From NCBI GenBank assembly GCA_965372795.1, contig CBDVDR010000002.1, positions 1-64,000 of the forward strand: a stretch of 64,000 nucleotides of DNA, written 5' to 3'. Below the pieces are notes generated by a model. That model made no database searches, was not told the origin of the DNA, and saw only the letters and a list, made by a program, of their open reading frames with translations. This DNA is from an uncultured bacterium. GTDB lineage: Bacteria > Zixibacteria > MSB-5A5 > GN15 > FEB-12. The position numbers and the translations under genes were made by a program. Shown in pieces: positions 58,571 through 64,000 of this stretch (position 1 is the stretch's first letter; every line of letters starts with the position of its first letter).

Positions 58571-60366
58571 TCGAGAAGTGACAACCCGTCATAAATCAAT
58601 TTGGAATACTTGTCGTTGGTTTTTGCCATCTCAAATAAATAACTGTTAATCTCAAGCGTTAAGGGATGCTTGGCTTCCTTTGATATTAATAGCTCAAGCA
58701 TCTCAAGCGGCAACAGCCATTCATCCGGATACTGGTTTTTAAGTTCATCCCAAATCTCAGGAATCAATTTACAGTCGACTTTGTTATTACGACATTCTCT
58801 GACCAGATTATATAGAGCATGAAGCCGTCTTTCTTTATCACAATAATCTGATTTGATTGTCCGTTCCATGGGTACCAGATCATCCTGATCGTAAGCATCT
58901 TTATCCGCCGCCCCGCAAAATACAGACATGATATTCTCTCCGACCGCCATATCAAATTTGCCCCATTGCGGATCAAATAAAATCTTCTCTCCATATTTAA
59001 CCGTGCAATTTTCAAAAGTCATCAAAACGATATTTTCATTTATACAGGCAATGTCAAGAAGCATCCCCGTTAAAATTATACCATTCTCAAAATTTAATTC
59101 GGTTTGATTTCCAACCGTTATATTATTTTTGTAAAGTTCTTCATTGGTCATCGCTTCAATCGGTTTGTCAATTCCGACAAGTTTCCCAATCGGCGAGCCG
59201 AACCCGTCTTTATGATAATCTTTTCCATGACCCTCAATTTGCTTATTGTTATAAGCCAGTGCGGTCGGAGCCTCAGAATTAATATAGATCGGTTGATTAT
59301 CACCATCACAAAGCACCGTCTTGATCCAACCCGAAACTTGAAGACCGGAACTGTAAACTATGGTTGAAATATTTTTACATTCTATCGCTTTATTGATTCC
59401 CTCAAGACCTCCGGTTTGAAAAGCCATGCCCGAGGCAAACTGATTTAGGACCTCAGTCAAATTATCAAAATCAGGAGTCACAAAAAGCTGGGGTTGTTTG
59501 TTGGTGATATCAAATGCATAATCAGCAGTGTCCAGATTATATTCAATCTTCTTAACGCCATTTTCAAGGCAGCTCGATGATTCACCAATAGAAGAAAGCA
59601 GTCCGGCGCCGTATATTTTTGGATTATTAATATCTCCGATTAAACCATATTCGACCGTCCACCAATGTAGGCGACTCAACAGAGCCATCTCCGAAGGTTC
59701 GCCAAGATTATCCTGCTTCATCTCAACATCTTTTTCAGCTTTCAAAATTTCCCGACGGTCATAGCCGGGCATCTCTTTAATTATCGAAAGATGTCGGATC
59801 GCTTCGTACAATTCAAAATCTTTTTTTGATGACATCGCTTTTGAACCTATTTCACCAATCCGGTGAAGGTAATCGGCATACTTGGGGTCAGCGATGATCG
59901 GTGCATGACCGGCGGCTTCATGAACGATATCAGGGGCCGGAGTATATTCTATGTTTTCTAACTGCCGGATGTCGGCGGCTATCACCAAAACATTATAAGC
60001 CTGAAACTCCATAAATGCTGCCGGCGGGATAAACCCGTCAACCGTAACAGCTGCCCATCCCATTTTACCAAGGGCTTCATTCATCTGCTCAATACTGGGA
60101 ATATGATCGATACTAATCCCGGTCTTTATCAATCCTTCAACATAGGATTCATGAGCATGGTCTTTTAGATAGCTGTAGTTCTGACGCATGATATAACGCC
60201 AGACAGCATGATTGATCGGCGTATACTCATTATATTTTTGATCAATGATGAACTTTTTTAGATGGTTCGGAAGTCGTTTCAAATTGGCGTTGTCAAGATA
60301 GCTTGACTTGGTCGATGAACCGATTGCTGTTATCTCTTTTTCCGGAGAGGAATCCTGTTTCCCCAT
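58567..60366 (-). CDS. phhA: Pterin-dependent aromatic amino acid (phenylalanine 4-) hydroxylase, long form
   Basis: YTPAPDIVHEAAGHAP iron ligands, WWTVEYGL, IYGAGLLSSIGE; ~300-aa C-terminal extension. Confidence 0.9.
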   Translation of the reverse strand: MGKQDSSPEKEITAIGSSTKSSYLDNANLKRLPNHLKKFIIDQKYNEYTPINHAVWRYIMRQNYSYLKDHAHESYVEGLIKTGISIDHIPSIEQMNEALGKMGWAAVTVDGFIPPAAFMEFQAYNVLVIAADIRQLENIEYTPAPDIVHEAAGHAPIIADPKYADYLHRIGEIGSKAMSSKKDFELYEAIRHLSIIKEMPGYDRREILKAEKDVEMKQDNLGEPSEMALLSRLHWWTVEYGLIGDINNPKIYGAGLLSSIGESSSCLENGVKKIEYNLDTADYAFDITNKQPQLFVTPDFDNLTEVLNQFASGMAFQTGGLEGINKAIECKNISTIVYSSGLQVSGWIKTVLCDGDNQPIYINSEAPTALAYNNKQIEGHGKDYHKDGFGSPIGKLVGIDKPIEAMTNEELYKNNITVGNQTELNFENGIILTGMLLDIACINENIVLMTFENCTVKYGEKILFDPQWGKFDMAVGENIMSVFCGAADKDAYDQDDLVPMERTIKSDYCDKERRLHALYNLVRECRNNKVDCKLIPEIWDELKNQYPDEWLLPLEMLELLISKEAKHPLTLEINSYLFEMAKTNDKYSKLIYDGLSLLD

Positions 60367-60470
60367 AACTCTTCAACTCCTAATTGTAGAATAAGTAACG
60401 TGTGTCAATCTGATCTATTATACAAGTAATTAAAATCCAGCTCCATTGGCAACAAATATTTATAAAATAA

Positions 60471-62426
60471 TTATTTCTCGATAATATTATGAAGGTATTT
60501 AAATGCCTCAAACTGTTTAAGTGACTCGGGGTTAGCCAGGGCATCAAAATTCGTTATCGGTCGGTTGTGAATCAGATTGGTAACGGCTATCTCAACTTTT
60601 TTCCCGTTCAACGTTCTCGGAATATCATTCACCTCAAATATTTTTGAGGGGACATGACGGGGCGAGGTCTTATCTCTGATCGAATTTTTAATCTTATCGA
60701 TCAGTTCATCATCAAGTTTTAACCCTTCGGATAATACCACAAATAGCACAATCTCAGTGTCACTGCCAACCTTAACCCCGATCACGATACTTTCAACAAT
60801 CTCATCCATCGCCTCAACCGGTCCATAAATCTCCGCGGTCCCGATCCTGACTCCGCCCGGATTAAGGGTCGCATCCGAACGACCATAAACAACAACCGTT
60901 CCCTCGGTCGTAATCTTGATATAATCACCGTGATGCCAAATATCTTTATAGCGATTAAAATATGCCTTAAAATATAACTCATCATTTTTATCATTCCAGA
61001 AACAGACCGGCATCGAGGGGAAGGGCTTGGTGCACACCAGTTCGCCGACCTCATTTAAAATAGATTCACCCGACTGATCAAAGGTCTCAACCGCCATCCC
61101 CAAACCGCGGCATTGTATCTGTTCTGAATAGACCGGCAGATTTGGATTACCCAGCATGAAACATGAGATGATATCCGTCCCGCCGGAGATTGATGACAAC
61201 TGCACTTCCGCTTTAACCTTGTCATACACCCACCGATAATTTTCATCCGCCAGCGGCGCACCCGTTGAGAGTATTGTTTTTAATTTAGAAAGAGAGTATT
61301 CCGTTTTTGGTATCAACCTTCTAACCTGACAGGTTGATAAAAATTTTGGTGAGGTCCCAAAAACCGTTACCCCAACCTTTTCAGCCGCTTCCCATAATAC
61401 ATTCAAATTAGGAAATGAGGGCGACCCGTCATACAAAAAGATGGTCGCTCCCTGTGATAGCGAACCAACCAGCCAGTTCCACATCATCCACCCGGTCGTT
61501 GTGTAATAAAAAACAACATCATCCCGACTAATATTTGTATGCAGTTTATGTTCTTTATAATGTTGTATAAATGTCCCGCCGGCTGAATGAACAATACACT
61601 TTGGCGCTCCGGTTGTCCCCGATGAATACATTATATAAAGCGGATGATCAAACGGGAGCTGTTCAAATTCTATCTGATCTTTTTTCTCAGACAACAGCTC
61701 TTCCCAGATCATTATTTTGGTTATCACCGTCAATTCGATTTTATCCGATGATGTTACAATGACCACCTGTTCTATCGAGGGGATCTGCTCAACCAGCTGA
61801 ATTATTTTATCATTTAAATCATATTTTTTATCATTGTAAAAATAGCTGTCGGTTGTAACTAAAATCTTCGGTTGGATCTGACCAAAGCGATCCATCACAC
61901 TCTTAAAACCAAAATCCGGCGAGCACGAAGAATAAAGCGCCCCGATAGCTCCGGCGGCAAGCATCGTTATCACAGCTTCCGGAACATTCGGCAGTAATAC
62001 TGCTATCCGGTCATTACTTGATAATCCCAGCTTTCTTAATCCGGCTGTACATGAGGCAACGCTTTGATATAATTCAGCATAAGTATAAGTGATCGGTTCC
62101 CGTTTTTCACGCCAGTGAATAATCGCCCTTTTATCATCGCGATACTTTAATAAATTTTCACTGTAATTTAGCTTCGCACCCTCAAACCATTTGGATTTAA
62201 ACATCCCGTCACCGGAAAGAACTGACTCATATTTTTGTGAATGAATTATCTCCGAATGATCCCAAACCGTTTCCCAAAACTGTTCAACATTGTCAACCGA
62301 CCAATGATAGAGTTCATCATATGAGACAAATCGATGCCCGAATTTCGTATTCACAAAATTCATGAACTCGGTCATGTTCGAGCTTCTTATTTGATCTGCC
62401 GTAGGTGTCCAGAAAGGTTTTTCCAT
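60471..62426 (-). CDS. Acetoacetate--CoA ligase
   Basis: PFDHPLYIMYSSGTTGAPKCIVH, TTTGWMMWNWL, SISGGTDI, GRSDATLNPGGVRIGT. Confidence 0.93.
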   Translation of the reverse strand: MEKPFWTPTADQIRSSNMTEFMNFVNTKFGHRFVSYDELYHWSVDNVEQFWETVWDHSEIIHSQKYESVLSGDGMFKSKWFEGAKLNYSENLLKYRDDKRAIIHWREKREPITYTYAELYQSVASCTAGLRKLGLSSNDRIAVLLPNVPEAVITMLAAGAIGALYSSCSPDFGFKSVMDRFGQIQPKILVTTDSYFYNDKKYDLNDKIIQLVEQIPSIEQVVIVTSSDKIELTVITKIMIWEELLSEKKDQIEFEQLPFDHPLYIMYSSGTTGAPKCIVHSAGGTFIQHYKEHKLHTNISRDDVVFYYTTTGWMMWNWLVGSLSQGATIFLYDGSPSFPNLNVLWEAAEKVGVTVFGTSPKFLSTCQVRRLIPKTEYSLSKLKTILSTGAPLADENYRWVYDKVKAEVQLSSISGGTDIISCFMLGNPNLPVYSEQIQCRGLGMAVETFDQSGESILNEVGELVCTKPFPSMPVCFWNDKNDELYFKAYFNRYKDIWHHGDYIKITTEGTVVVYGRSDATLNPGGVRIGTAEIYGPVEAMDEIVESIVIGVKVGSDTEIVLFVVLSEGLKLDDELIDKIKNSIRDKTSPRHVPSKIFEVNDIPRTLNGKKVEIAVTNLIHNRPITNFDALANPESLKQFEAFKYLHNIIEK

Positions 62427-62450
62427 AACAGACTCTGCTAACTATCGGGA

Positions 62451-63422
62451 TTAAATCTTTTTATCAAAATAGAATGGAATCGACATCAACGCCAGCCACG
62501 CAAATTGCACATCATTTTGAGCAAGAGCAAGCTTTGCGGCTTTATAAATAGTATGATTCATTTTGCTTTGATTAGCTTGATGCAAAATGAATGAAGCTTT
62601 AAATATATCTTCGTAATTATCAGAACTTAGCTTTTGTTGCAATTCTTCACTATTAAGCTCACCGGTTAACTTATTTATAAATTGTAAAACCTGATCTTCA
62701 TCAGGGATTGATTCTGAATTTCCAAGTTGTCCGAGATTATTGGCTGAAAGAATTGTTGAGCATTTAATAAAATCAGGAATATTATCATACCCGATTCCCG
62801 TTCTACCTATCGGTTTTTCAATCTCAAAAATCGCTGTCCCGTTTGCCCGCGTATAATAATTCTCAGAATTTCTCCCCACCAAATTAATCAAATCCGGTTT
62901 AATCACCCCGTTTTCCATAACCGTCTCGCTGACATGAAACTTTACCACTTCACAAATCGCAAGATTCCCCGAACCGTTGTTCTCTCCAAGATTTTTCATC
63001 TCATGCAAGATACATTCCATCTGAAAAGGTGATTCCTTGACCCGAAACGGTTTTACTTTATCAGAAGGGATAGGCGTTAAACCGCTCTTTATGAATTCAT
63101 CAATCTCGGTTCCATATTCGGTCGAGGCTAATGAAACCTGTTGCACCATCTCATAAGTCACCGCTTGGATAACACACTCTTTGGTCGCAACCAAATTTTG
63201 ATAGGTATCTTTTAAACTTCCGTTTCGAATCCTTCGGGATGCTGAAAATGCCACCATCGGCGGGTTCGCCCCAAACCCGTTAAAAAATGAAAAAGGGGAG
63301 AGATTCCTGACCCCATCCTTTGAAATTGTCGAGACCAAAGCAATCGGACGGGGTGCTATCCCGCCAAGTAAAAGCTTTTGAACTTCAACTGTCGAAAGAT
63401 CTTTTGGATCATACTGTTTCAT
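62451..63422 (-). CDS. Flavin reductase-like (DIM6/NTAB family) protein
   Basis: IAPRPIALVST, NLSPFSFFN, KDT..N, VKESP..MEC. Confidence 0.88.
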   Translation of the reverse strand: MKQYDPKDLSTVEVQKLLLGGIAPRPIALVSTISKDGVRNLSPFSFFNGFGANPPMVAFSASRRIRNGSLKDTYQNLVATKECVIQAVTYEMVQQVSLASTEYGTEIDEFIKSGLTPIPSDKVKPFRVKESPFQMECILHEMKNLGENNGSGNLAICEVVKFHVSETVMENGVIKPDLINLVGRNSENYYTRANGTAIFEIEKPIGRTGIGYDNIPDFIKCSTILSANNLGQLGNSESIPDEDQVLQFINKLTGELNSEELQQKLSSDNYEDIFKASFILHQANQSKMNHTIYKAAKLALAQNDVQFAWLALMSIPFYFDKKI

Positions 63423-63426
63423 CTAC

Positions 63427-64000
63427 TTATGCCGGCTCAACTATTTTCTTTTTCTCAAGAATCGACCAGTCGGTTTCGGCAATTTTAAAAACATTCGTCA
63501 ATTTCCCCAATCCCTTTATTTCAAGCTCCATCTTATCACCGGGTTTCAGCCAGATAGGAGAATATGATTCATCTTTGGCTTTTGCATCAATTGTACGACT
63601 CCCGTTCAACTCCAGATAACATCCGGTCCCCACCGTACCCGAACCGATAACATCGCCGGGAAATAATTCAACGCCGTATGAACATCGTTCAATGATTTCG
63701 GCAAAAGTCCAGTTCATATCTTTCAAATTGCCGTCTGAAATCAAATACCCGTTATGAGAAGCCGTCATCCTCAGATCATACTTGTTCCCAAATTCGGTTT
63801 CGATCTTAAAAGGTTCAAGTTCATCCGGGGTAACCAGCCATGGTCCAATCGCAGTCGCAAAATCTTTTCCCTTTGCCGGACCCAAATTCAAACGCATCTC
63901 TTCCATCTGAAGCGTCCGCGCCGAAATATCATTCATTATCAAATATCCCGCGATATATGAATCGGCATCCTTTGATGGAATATTCTTCCCGTGTTTGCCA
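63427..64000 (-). CDS. Fumarylacetoacetate hydrolase family protein; partial, start beyond the right edge
   Basis: The frame stays open to the edge (GKHGKNIP...IAGYLIMNDISAR), with KGKDFATAIGPWLVT and PGDVIGSGT. Confidence 0.92.
   Translation of the reverse strand, partial: GKHGKNIPSKDADSYIAGYLIMNDISARTLQMEEMRLNLGPAKGKDFATAIGPWLVTPDELEPFKIETEFGNKYDLRMTASHNGYLISDGNLKDMNWTFAEIIERCSYGVELFPGDVIGSGTVGTGCYLELNGSRTIDAKAKDESYSPIWLKPGDKMELEIKGLGKLTNVFKIAETDWSILEKKKIVEPA

Noticed and set aside
1..64000. tRNA, rRNA, transposase, integrase or prophage genes
   Set aside because: None recognised by eye in the ORFs or intergenic regions; a covariance-model scan was not possible.

Overview
AT-rich bacterial window, probably from an FCB-superphylum organism such as Zixibacteria. 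This is an inference from the QNYPNPFN/FlgD-type C-terminal domains and gene content; the window has no marker gene. Left to right it holds: (1) an ABC ATPase and a large permease-fusion gene running off the left edge; (2) a chaperone-usher-like pilus cluster (usher, chaperone, six pilin-like genes) behind a sigma54-type promoter; (3) a ~42 kb mostly minus-strand block (13.9-55.7 kb) with hypABFCDE, a B12 radical SAM enzyme, a CcsA/ResB pair and ten multiheme c-type cytochromes (85 CxxCH by hand count plus about 10 non-canonical motifs); (4) folE, a triple-domain PTPS and a sepiapterin-reductase-like SDR, convergent with a Phe/Tyr catabolic operon. Block 3 also encodes two OmcE-like tetrahemes, an extended OmcE-like ~decaheme, a 3038-aa cytochrome on an 18-repeat Ig-like stalk, five NHL beta-propellers, an outer-membrane beta-barrel and a Cys-less TlpA-TPR protein. 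Five copies of an 18-bp Rex-like operator sit at its three promoters, three of them overlapping the -10 box. The best candidate for an undescribed system is this redox-regulated cytochrome nanowire / extracellular electron transfer apparatus. All calls come from reading motifs by eye; no searches were run.
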